A stretch of 64,000 bases of DNA from Thalia democratica (lineage: Eukaryota). Shown piece by piece: positions 40,401-49,803 of this stretch. The notes beneath the pieces were generated by a model, which saw only the letters and a list, made by a program, of their open reading frames with translations, made no database searches and was not told where the DNA came from. The translations under genes were made by a program, and so were the position numbers. Numbering within the stretch: the stretch's first letter is position 1; each line of letters begins with the position of its first letter. The stretch spans positions 18,042,001 to 18,106,000 of the forward strand of contig OZ241829.1 in the NCBI GenBank assembly GCA_965202585.1. The letters are read 5' to 3'.

Positions 40401-43400
40401 TGAAATAATTCATAATTAGTAGATTTTCTTAATTAAACTGTATTTTGCAAAGGACTACTCGTTTGAAGTTTTGTTTTGCATGAATTGATAAGTTTTCTGA
40501 TTTTTTTACTTCTAATAAATTAAATTAACTAATATTTATTTTTGAATTAAAATTTTCGCATATAAATCAAGTTTATTGAAACATAATCTAAAACAAAACT
40601 TTATGTTTCAAAACATGTATATTTAAAATTAACAAATAATATTTACATTAAAAATGTTATGATTTATACAATTAAAACGATGAAAGTTAAAATCAAAAAA
40701 AATATATATAAATTTAAAATATCCACTTAATAAACCTGTTTTGTTTATTTTGGCCAGACATTTTAATACCATTATGTTAAATACAGAATTTTATTAATGT
40801 ATCAAATATAGCTTAAATATTTGTGAAATATTATAAAATGTGATGAAATAAATAGTTTTATTAAATCTTTCAAAAACATCAGTAAGTGGTAAATAAAATC
40901 GGTTGTTTATAGTTTTTAACTAAAGAAACTAATCAAGCGTGGTTAGTAATTGACACTTAGGAGGAACTATAACAACTGTTAAGTTATTTATTATAAGTAA
41001 ATATAAATATATACAACCTAAGCATTTTTTGTCTAATATACCATAAAAAAATTAACCTTTTGATTTTATATGTTTTTTTAATATACTTTTAATTTATACC
41101 TAATTTATTTTACAATTAAGTGCTGTATATCAAACTATATACATATTTCGTAAACCAACTATCTTATTTTCTATTTATACTATCTAAATCAAACAAGTGT
41201 TTCAATTTCATAGATAGTAAAAGCCTCTTTAAGTAAATTTTAATTTTTTTCTAAACGATTGAATTAGAAATTAAATTTAAAAATAATTAACTAAAATATA
41301 AAAAAAAAAATTATTACAATGTAATCTTCGTTTTCATAATTTTTCTATTATCACTTTTTTTGATAGGTAAGTGTCAAAAAATCATTGCAGTCATTTGTAT
41401 GCTAATTTTAAATTGTTACTCTAACGAAAGGAACAATAGTATTTTTGTTCTGTTATAAATATTTAAAATTACTAATTGGTTAGATGACCTATATAGACAC
41501 TTCATCACTAAAGTTACTTGATATTTATAGTAACTTTTACTTCTTTATTTAGTCTTATCAAGATTACCAACTACTATACTTTCTTAATTACAAAGTAAAT
41601 TTCAAATAATTCATTTGCGAAAATACAATTATACTAAAGAAACATGACATTTCTTTTAATCTTTGATAAACTTACCAATTCGTTTGTTTTGTAATTATAA
41701 CTTAATAAAATTTAGTAAAAATTGATGGCTTAGTAATGCATTATTAGTCAGAACAATTTTCGAAACACTTAATCATCCTTAATACTTCTTTTTTTAATCA
41801 TATTGGTTTATTATATATAATTCCAGCTTGTTTATTTTCACGCACAAAAATGATTTTTATGGCTTGTTAAAACTTAGTTCATAAATTAAAATTAAGGTTT
41901 TGACTCGTATTTAGCTTTTGTAACCTAGTCAGTTATAATTGATCTCTTTTTATTTGTCTAGCAGATAGAACTTAACAAACTATTTCATCGTTTTTTTCTT
42001 AAAACTTTAAAGCAAAGTTCCCAACTTGTTTTGAAAAGGCTATCTTTAAAATAATATACTTTTTAAGGCGAGAACTTTGATTGCAACTTTTAAAGCAAAA
42101 AGTACGTAACACTTTTTAGCAAAAATTATATTTCAATTGCTTATTTGAAGTTTTTTGTTTTTTTCAAACTTCAAAGTTTGACATTTCTATTTTAGTTTTT
42201 GTTATGATGTAAAATAAGAAATTTAATTTCTGGAGAAAACTGCAATCCTGAATATGACTTTAGGTTTTAAAATTTTTATACATTGAAAATGAAATATAAA
42301 TTTTTCAAAGTTAACTTGTTTTTTACTCATGATTGCTTTTTTGATTTGATTTATTAAGATTTCTGACTTTTTAAACTCAAACAATCAAAGTTTTCTAATA
42401 TTTAGATCTGAATTCTTTTTTTATAAATAAGTTTTTATATCAATATGACGTAAATGCATACTTTTTACTTAAATATAAAACATAATTTAATTAAAATTAA
42501 CATTGCTTATTAAAAAATGACTTTTGATGAGAATAAAATAAAAATTCAAATAATATGTTTAAGTTACTAAACACATATGTTGTTCAAAACAACTAATAAC
42601 AAAAACAGTTCTTCTGTTAAGAAAACCTTAATTATGTACCAATAATTAATACACCAAGCAAAGTAAAATGTAGGAAATTATATGCCTAAAAAATTAACTA
42701 GTATGAAAAATTAAAGTTTAGCACTAGGAATTTGGCTAACTTACGATATAATCATGTTGTATCTTGATATGAAATTTATACAATTATTGTTTTAATTGAC
42801 ACTAAATAATCATTAGATAATTTTTTTTTAATTATAAAAACGATATGAAATATTCTTAATATAAATAAGTTATATATAACATCATATTAGTTTAAGAGAT
42901 TGAAATTGATTTAATCGACTAATGAACAAAGTATTTTGTTTATTATTACGTATATAGAAACAAATATTAAGTAAGACGAATTATATCATACTATTATAAA
43001 GACTATATTTTTATAACAAATTTGTATGCTTCTGCAATGTACAACTAAGTTATCACAAACTTTAACAGCTGAGGTTTATAACAAAAAGCTACATTATAGT
43101 ATTGATTTTTTTATTTTAAACTATGAAACAAATTGTTTAAAAGCCTTTTTAATTCAGTAAAATTTGTTTTATTTAATTGAATGATAAATATATGATTTTC
43201 TTTTTTACGGCAAACACTTAAACTTAAATTTACAAATTTGTACTTTTATAATTTTATATTTTCAAATCAATTTTTCAACAGAAATTGAGTTTAAAACATG
43301 TTCAAAAAATATTAATTCATTTATTAACTTAATAATAAACTTAATTATAATATTAACTTTTCAAATATATTTCTAAACTTGTCAGACATTTATATGACAG

Positions 43401-43479
43401 ATTTTAGACCAAGAACATATTTAAAGCTAAAATACTATTGATAAAAAAAAAAAATGGAGTTTAAATCCTTAAATTTGTA

Positions 43480-43914
43480 CTTGGTTGCTACTCTCAGCGT
43501 TGACAAGTTATCGGATGCCTTTGCAATCTAAGATTCCCATTACTTCTTATTTCATCCATTAAGGTAGCACGTTTACATAATTTCATTCAATAGTTCCAAG
43601 GGTGCATTGTTTTACTTTTGAAAAAGTTTTAATTTCATCATTGGATCTAACCTTTGATGTATCTCAAAGCCTTCCTCATATTTAGACTGCAAGTTTAGAA
43701 TTGACACGTAAAATATCAGTATTTCCGGATATTTTCTCAAGAGACTCATTGATATTTTAGGAGGAAGAAACTATGAGGATCAACAAAGTCGCTTGTCTTC
43801 ACCGGTTTATCGGTTTGTTTTGCTTTACGGTCACTTTTGGAATCAAAAAATTGCAAGACTTTAATTTTTACTCTACTCCTTTAACTGAATAACCACTCGG
43901 TTTCAAGCTCATAG
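43480..43914 (-). pseudogene. Degenerate coding segment, unidentified family, copy 3 (continues after 62582)
   Basis: DSKSDRKAKQTDKPVKTSDFVDPHSF..NINESLEKISGNTDILRVNSKLAV..DTSKVRSNDEIKTF, with stops and frameshifts. Confidence 0.45.
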
Positions 43915-44555
43915 TATAACCACTGACCGATGGCTCGGTCGTAGTTAGGTTAGGTAATTGCTTATTATTGCTTTTCGCCTTAGTTTGCGACCGCGTCATG
44001 CGTTTTATGTCGTCCATCGATAAGCGTTTGGACGACATGAAATCTTAGTTAAAATATATATATATAATATTATAAAAAAACGTTCTAATGGAACGATCAA
44101 TAACTTTAATGTATTGAGCTTATTTATAATCTAGTTTCTAGAAAACAACTTTAAGTGAATGGTGAATTTATATACATTTAAAAACAAAACACGACAATGT
44201 GATAAAGTAACGTGATGAAGTTCTACCACAACTGACTCGAGGTTTTCTTAAGCTTAGTGACTGTACGCTGGTTACAATTTACAAAACTCAAGCAATTCTA
44301 CTATCCTTTGCAGAGCTTCTATTCCCTTTGCCCAATCCGTCAACAACACCCGCACAACAACCCAAACATCCTTTTAACACACTAAGAAAAACTTATTTAT
44401 TTTTTTACTCTCTTCTCTACTTACTACGTCACGCACAAGTCTTTCTGTAATTTTCCACTTAAAACTTTGACTCCTTTGATGTAATTTCCACTTAACTTAT
44501 CTTTGACTCCTTCATTGTACTTCTCGAAACAAGTAGTAAACTACTACTTGTTATA
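43915..44555 (-). repeat. 3' LTR (641 bp)
   Basis: Identical to 61938-62578 apart from 4 substitutions seen by eye. Ends are TATAAC and GTTATA. Preceded on the element strand by the PPT. Confidence 0.95.
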
Positions 44556-44569
44556 CTACCCTTCCTACC
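44556..44569 (-). promoter_or_regulatory. Polypurine tract (PPT)
   Basis: GGTAGGAAGGGTAG immediately 5' of the 3' LTR on the element strand. Confidence 0.85.
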
Positions 44570-45395
44570 TTACTTAATTGATTTGTTTTTATCTTCTGAG
44601 TGCTAAAATATTTGAAGTTATTTTCTCGTTCTAGCTTTTGAAACAAGTAGAAGCTACTACTTGTTATACTACCCTTCCCTAACTTCGTTTTTTTTTCTTT
44701 AATAATCTAAATGAGCACTTGTAGTTTGTATTTACTTTTGCTAGGCTAAAACCTCTACCCAACTTCAGACACTGCACCCAAAAAAACCTCACTACAGTCG
44801 TTAGTAGAACTAAGAAAAAGTTAAATTACGAAATTAATTTTTTACAGGAAACTGTAAAACTTTACCTTAAAACATGAATCGTTCGAGACTCAAAATATGA
44901 GAAAATAAACACGAAAAAATTATGCTAGTATTTAAATTTACTGGAAGTCTCTATCACTTCTTAATCTAAGTTTGAACAATGTTAATTTGGTTAAGCATGA
45001 CAAAAAAAAAGCATTTTCATTGAAATAAAAATAAAATTCTTTAATAAAACAATAGTTTTCAGATTAATAGTTATTTTTAAATACTAAGAAAAACATTTTT
45101 TTTGTAGAAATACACTAATATAGTTTTTTTAAAACGATTAAAAAAAAAAAATTAATTATAAGATGTTAGCAATTACACACAATTTTTAAAACAGAAAAAA
45201 AAAATTAATTAATACCTAAGCTACAATTTGTCTTGTAAGTTCACGTACACAGCTTCTCGTTGATAGGAACCTTCCGTTGCTGGAAAAGGAAATCTCTCGG
45301 ACAAGGGGTTCGTTCTTCTGGGGAAAACTCGTAAAACCTTGGTGGAAAAGTGCTAGGGACTTAAAATTTAGCTTGATTGAGAGGAAAACAGAGTG

Positions 45396-46508
45396 CTACA
45401 TCGAACTCGGTTTGTCTTGTCCGAAAAACTCTGGTGTATTTAAATTTGTCTCATTTACACAAGGGAACCAATGCGACAAATGATCTTCGTTTTTAAACGT
45501 TTCTTCTATTTCCGGAAAAGTTTTAGCTTCTTTAGAAACCGATTTCAAGGCCGTTCCCACCTGAAGGCAGTTCGAGATTCCATGCGACTGTTCCATAATC
45601 TCGGCTGTCCCATCTCTTTCATCTCCACTTTTCCAAATCTTTGATAATAACCCTCCGTCATTTGCTACTTTCTCTTTTTCTTTTTTTATAGATGACTTCT
45701 GTTTTTTATTCAATTTTTTACTGTCTGTCTCAATCTCTTCCTTTCCTGTGTCTCTATATTTCATCTTGATTATTGGTTTATCCTCGGACGTAGTTCTTTT
45801 CACGACATTGATATCAACGTCTCCACATTGAATAGAAAACAGGTGGTGTGTATTTGTTTTTGCAATTTTCACTCTCTCATGTTCTGGCGTAGATTGTCCT
45901 GAGTTTAGTTTTCTCTCGAGTCCATCTTGAATGGTCAAGCAACTCATTTTTTCATCTTCTATATTTTTCAGTTTGAGCTCTTTAACTTGTTGTTTCCATT
46001 TGACTATTTCTTTACTATGTTTTTCTTCATGCTCTTTGTTTGCCTGTTTGAGTTCCTTTAACTCTTTCAAGAGATATGTTATTCTTAGTTTTTTAGTTCT
46101 TAGTTTTTCTTGGACGTTTTCCTTTTTTCTCTTTTGCTTATTTAATCTTACTTGTAATACTTCAATGGTATTGTTGGCATTAAGTATTTTGTCACAAAGC
46201 TCAGTCCCTTCCTTTCTTAAATTTATTCCGTCCTGCCTTAAGTCATTTATAACTTCACTTTTTTTTCTAAGTTCGGCTTTTAACCTTTCTACTTCAGTTC
46301 CCAAAAATTCCATTGCCCCTTTCACGCTAGAATCATTAAATGATTGTACAGCTTTCTTTATGAGTTCTTCTTGTAAAAGTTCCACTAACTCCTTTTCTTG
46401 GAGAGTTTCTTTCCCTTCATGTGTAACGTTTGAAAGATTTTTCTCATCCTCAATTACTATAACTTTTGTTGCATCCTTTTCTTTAATAACCTCTTTTTGT
46501 TTGACCAT
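45396..46508 (-). CDS. Element accessory ORF370, Lys/Glu-rich coiled-coil protein of unknown function
   Basis: 370-aa intact ORF in GC-richer DNA. Long heptad-like region (EVERLKAELRKKSEVINDLRQDGINLRKEGTELCDKILNANNTIEVLQVRL). No recognised catalytic motif. Confidence 0.75.
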   Translation of the reverse strand: MVKQKEVIKEKDATKVIVIEDEKNLSNVTHEGKETLQEKELVELLQEELIKKAVQSFNDSSVKGAMEFLGTEVERLKAELRKKSEVINDLRQDGINLRKEGTELCDKILNANNTIEVLQVRLNKQKRKKENVQEKLRTKKLRITYLLKELKELKQANKEHEEKHSKEIVKWKQQVKELKLKNIEDEKMSCLTIQDGLERKLNSGQSTPEHERVKIAKTNTHHLFSIQCGDVDINVVKRTTSEDKPIIKMKYRDTGKEEIETDSKKLNKKQKSSIKKEKEKVANDGGLLSKIWKSGDERDGTAEIMEQSHGISNCLQVGTALKSVSKEAKTFPEIEETFKNEDHLSHWFPCVNETNLNTPEFFGQDKPSSM

Positions 46509-47296
46509 TTTCTTGACATTTTTTGGTCGTAGGCAAGGTGAGACTCTTTAGAATTTTTAACAAAACTTCCCACATCTTCGAGGTTGTTAGATCTTTCCTT
46601 TGCAACTTCCATTTCACTTAAAGTGTGCTTTTTTAGCTTAGTTGATGATTCATTTTCCACTCCTTCAGATATCTCCGTCTCTTGCATTTGAACTTTGCTA
46701 TTTTCTTTTCGTTTTTTGTTAGTTGTCTGGGCTGCCTCTTCGCTAGTTGGCGTTCGTGCTCTTTTCGTTGGCATAGTAACCTGCTTCCCACTATTTCCTT
46801 TTTGTATGTTATTTGTCGAGGAAAATGTCCTATCTCCTGATTGCGTTTCTACTTTTCTTGATCTCGTAGCGCTGATGTTTATTTTCATATTACTCTCCTG
46901 AATATTTTTTGATGTTGTCCATGACCCTTCATTAGATTGCCATCGTCTTGATGGCATTGTATTCCTACTCACATTCCTAGTTGGTTCGTATCTTGATTTG
47001 TTGAGTCTCATATCTTCTTCTCTTCTTGGCTGGTTATTTCTTAATGAATAGTTTGATCGTCTATAATATGTGGACCTGGAAGGTGGCGTTCTTCTATCGT
47101 CCCAGCGATAATAATTATTTGTTCGACTTATAATTCTTCTGTTTTCCGTTCTACTGTCATATCTCCTATCTTCAGAATCGTATTTGTCTCTTCTGTGATC
47201 ACAATTTTTGTTTCCATCGATTTCTGTTAAACTATCAGTTTCGCTTGCCAACAAAGACACAGCGTCTTCGGATTTGTTCGTGCTGCTACAACTCAT
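46457..47296 (-). CDS. Element accessory ORF279, Arg/Ser/Asn-rich basic, likely disordered protein of unknown function
   Basis: 279-aa ORF rich in RR, RY and SR dipeptides. Overlaps ORF370 by 52 nt in the -1 frame. Preceded by a splice-acceptor-like ttattcttcttaacag. Confidence 0.7.
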   Translation of the reverse strand: MSCSSTNKSEDAVSLLASETDSLTEIDGNKNCDHRRDKYDSEDRRYDSRTENRRIISRTNNYYRWDDRRTPPSRSTYYRRSNYSLRNNQPRREEDMRLNKSRYEPTRNVSRNTMPSRRWQSNEGSWTTSKNIQESNMKINISATRSRKVETQSGDRTFSSTNNIQKGNSGKQVTMPTKRARTPTSEEAAQTTNKKRKENSKVQMQETEISEGVENESSTKLKKHTLSEMEVAKERSNNLEDVGSFVKNSKESHLAYDQKMSRKWSNKKRLLKKRMQQKL

Positions 47297-47490
47297 TGTT
47301 AATTAAACAAAATGCTGTTAAGAAGAATAATTGTTATCCAAACGTTATTATATATATATTTTATTTATATATTTATTTTTTTAATATTTTTATATATTTT
47401 AACCAACTCATGTTTTATTTTTTTATTTTTGGATAAATATTATTTTCAGTAAATTTTATAAGTTCATATTACTTACTTTACTCTATTGTT

Positions 47491-47694
47491 TCAATGCATT
47501 CTCAATTTAAGTCTACTGTGGCTCTGTTTTTTTTTTTTTTTTTTTTTTTTTTTGAAAGTTATGTGATGAAGAAATAATGTGATTAATATTATAATAATTA
47601 TCCCTGACCTTGTTGCTAATGAAGGAAAAAGAAAAAACAAAAAAAATAATAAAATCAATATATACATGATTAGTAACGGCCACCTATTTCTCAT
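47491..47694 (-). CDS. Small hydrophobic ORF67 overlapping the env stop (AUGA)
   Basis: The ATG at 47694-47692 overlaps the env TGA at 47693-47691. Two hydrophobic stretches, then K9 encoded by an A27 tract. The sequence is low complexity, so the ORF may be fortuitous. Confidence 0.35.
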   Translation of the reverse strand: MRNRWPLLIMYILILLFFLFFLFPSLATRSGIIIIILITLFLHHITFKKKKKKKKKQSHSRLKLRMH

Positions 47695-49406
47695 TTTTTA
47701 TCCCCCTCATTTGGTTTTTTTCCACATTTCTCCCTTAGTGTTTGAATAATAACAACAACAATCAAGATTGTTGCTATAATTGTATAAATATGTCCTAAAA
47801 GTTCTAAGATATTCTTAATTTTCTTCCAAATCGAATATTTAATTTTTTCCAGCATGGCCCTCACATTGTTGTAGTCCATAGTATGCGTTTCTGCCAGTAA
47901 TTCTTCTATGTTGATTCCATCACTTATATATTCTTCCTTGGTAATTAACAACAAGTTCTTGAGTTGTTGCTGTGTAACATCTTCTTCAGACCAAGAAACT
48001 TCTTGTAAGTCTTCATTTAGGTTTTCCTCTAATATGTCGAAACTTTTTTCCTCTAGTTCAACATTTTTTATTGTAATCTTTTTCAGTGCTGGTATTTGAT
48101 CGATTAAGGTATTGTTTTTATATATTATCAAGCTGTTATTGAAACTAAATGTCTTTCGTTTAGTAGGTGTAACTGTAGAGCTAATTTTTTCCGTAAGAAA
48201 TCTTCCTTGGCGTAGTGATGTAAGCTTTGCTTCCGTGCCAGTATAGGCCACAAATAGTGGCCTATCTGACACATGACCTTTATAATATAAATTAGGCTGC
48301 AAAACTGCTTGGACTTTTGAGCACCTCAGTTCTTTTAAAATCCCTCCTGCGAATATAGCCTGTACCTCTCTTTCGAGAAGATAAGACAAGACTTGAGATG
48401 GATTTAGAATTTGACTTCCCATAAGGGCTACTATATTTGCCCGTGCCATTTCACAGGTAACTAATTTAAAATAGTTCCTAAAATTTTCGCTGTTCAAAAA
48501 CGATCCATGTGCAATAGATGTCATTGTGGCTTGAATATTTCGTAGTGATGCTGGTATATTATCATCTGCAGTTCCAATTGGCTCAATGTTGCTTTCCTCA
48601 GGAATTTCCAGCACATGATTGGTCATTGTACAAAAAAATCTCGATTTTTTCTTTTGTTTTAGGCAGGCTAATGATTTTGGTGAGCATTTCATCAAGTTAG
48701 ATACAATTAAGTTTGTTTCGTCTAGTTCGAATAAGTTTCCTTTTGAAGTTTTATGAATTGTTAGAGTTTTATTTTCACTCCTCGGTATAGTTTCACAGGT
48801 TTTTTCTCTAGGTTCTACATAATTGATTCTCCAGTTTCCTGCTGTACAAGTTTTGAATTTTCTACTGCAAAACAATTTGCCAAACGATATGTGATGTAGT
48901 TCTTCTGTTACCACATTTTTTGTAATTGTCAGATAGTTTAATTCAACATTTTTTACTTCTATTAGGTTTCCAAACCATCCATATTCCGGTTCCAAAATGT
49001 TTTTCGTAGTCATGGATCCATCCGCGTTTGGTAAGAGTCTCTCAACCGATGTGAAGTGTCTTTGTTCCCACAATTCACACTCCCTCTTTGTTACTAACTG
49101 GTGTTCCGTTCTTACTAAGTTGCAGACATTACTCCCGAAAAGGTAATGTATGCAGTTATAAGTATCTTTTGTCATTCTACAAGCTTTTGCCCCTAAGTTA
49201 TACATTTGATTAAAAGGTTTAAAAACCCTTACTGGGTATATTTTAGTAGTGTTTCCTTTGTTTATGCACTTCCCAGGGGGTATAATTTTGAACTGTTGTA
49301 TTACCTCATTCTTGCAAAGGTCTATATATACCTTCCTTGTTATATCTGAATAGACCATAGCTAAGCAAAGTGTTGTTATCCATAATGTTTTCATGACCAG
49401 CTTCAT
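47691..49406 (-). CDS. env: Envelope glycoprotein, class III fusogen-like (rhabdovirus G / herpes gB-type features)
   Basis: Signal peptide (KTLWITTLCLAMVYS) and a Cys-rich ectodomain with N-glycosylation sequons. Two fusion-loop-like segments (CRMTKDTYNCIHYLFGS and EPEYGWFG). gB-like core NPSQVLSYLLEREVQAIFAGGILKELRCSKV. C-terminal TM (IYTIIATILIVVVII) and a short basic tail. Confidence 0.8.
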   Translation of the reverse strand: MKLVMKTLWITTLCLAMVYSDITRKVYIDLCKNEVIQQFKIIPPGKCINKGNTTKIYPVRVFKPFNQMYNLGAKACRMTKDTYNCIHYLFGSNVCNLVRTEHQLVTKRECELWEQRHFTSVERLLPNADGSMTTKNILEPEYGWFGNLIEVKNVELNYLTITKNVVTEELHHISFGKLFCSRKFKTCTAGNWRINYVEPREKTCETIPRSENKTLTIHKTSKGNLFELDETNLIVSNLMKCSPKSLACLKQKKKSRFFCTMTNHVLEIPEESNIEPIGTADDNIPASLRNIQATMTSIAHGSFLNSENFRNYFKLVTCEMARANIVALMGSQILNPSQVLSYLLEREVQAIFAGGILKELRCSKVQAVLQPNLYYKGHVSDRPLFVAYTGTEAKLTSLRQGRFLTEKISSTVTPTKRKTFSFNNSLIIYKNNTLIDQIPALKKITIKNVELEEKSFDILEENLNEDLQEVSWSEEDVTQQQLKNLLLITKEEYISDGINIEELLAETHTMDYNNVRAMLEKIKYSIWKKIKNILELLGHIYTIIATILIVVVIIQTLREKCGKKPNEGDKK

Positions 49407-49492
49407 TATACTAACTACCTTCCAGCTTAAATTTTCTTATTTATAACCAAAACGAAAACGAGAGAGGTGGAAAGAAAAAAATAGTTCGCCAA

Positions 49493-49525
<33 letters not shown>

Positions 49526-49803
49526 TTTATTTCTTTATTTCTTTTTTTTTTTTTTTTTTTTTATTTATTTATTTTTTTTTTTTTTTGCCCAATCATCTTA
49601 GTATTGAGAGCGGAAAAATAACAATATCAAAAATAAAATTAATAATAAGCAAGTAAGTTTAATTTCCACATTAATTATTCTTCATATGATACACGGTAAT
49701 TTTGTTTGACAATTTCAAGTGGTCGAGTTTATAGTGATATTAGTTATGGAATTTCTTAAAAAGAATCATATACCTGATATATATACAAAATTAATACGAT
49801 GGC

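Noticed and set aside
603-43900. Remaining 60-80-aa ORF-track entries as genes
   Set aside because: They are fragments of LINE or kelch pseudogenes, their antisense frames, or random ORFs with alternative starts in AT-rich DNA.
43944-43954. TTAGGTTAGG in the LTR as telomeric repeat
   Set aside because: Only two units, which is expected by chance.
45931-46551. 206-aa plus-strand ORF
   Set aside because: It is the antisense shadow of the Lys/Glu-rich ORF370. The S/F/L-rich composition is what such antisense frames give.
47515-47560. Rhabdovirus-style gene-end/gene-start junction (A-run followed by AACAG)
   Set aside because: AACAG arises only from the A tract abutting the CAGAGCC motif, which occurs without the A tract at 54750. 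The other tracts lack it.
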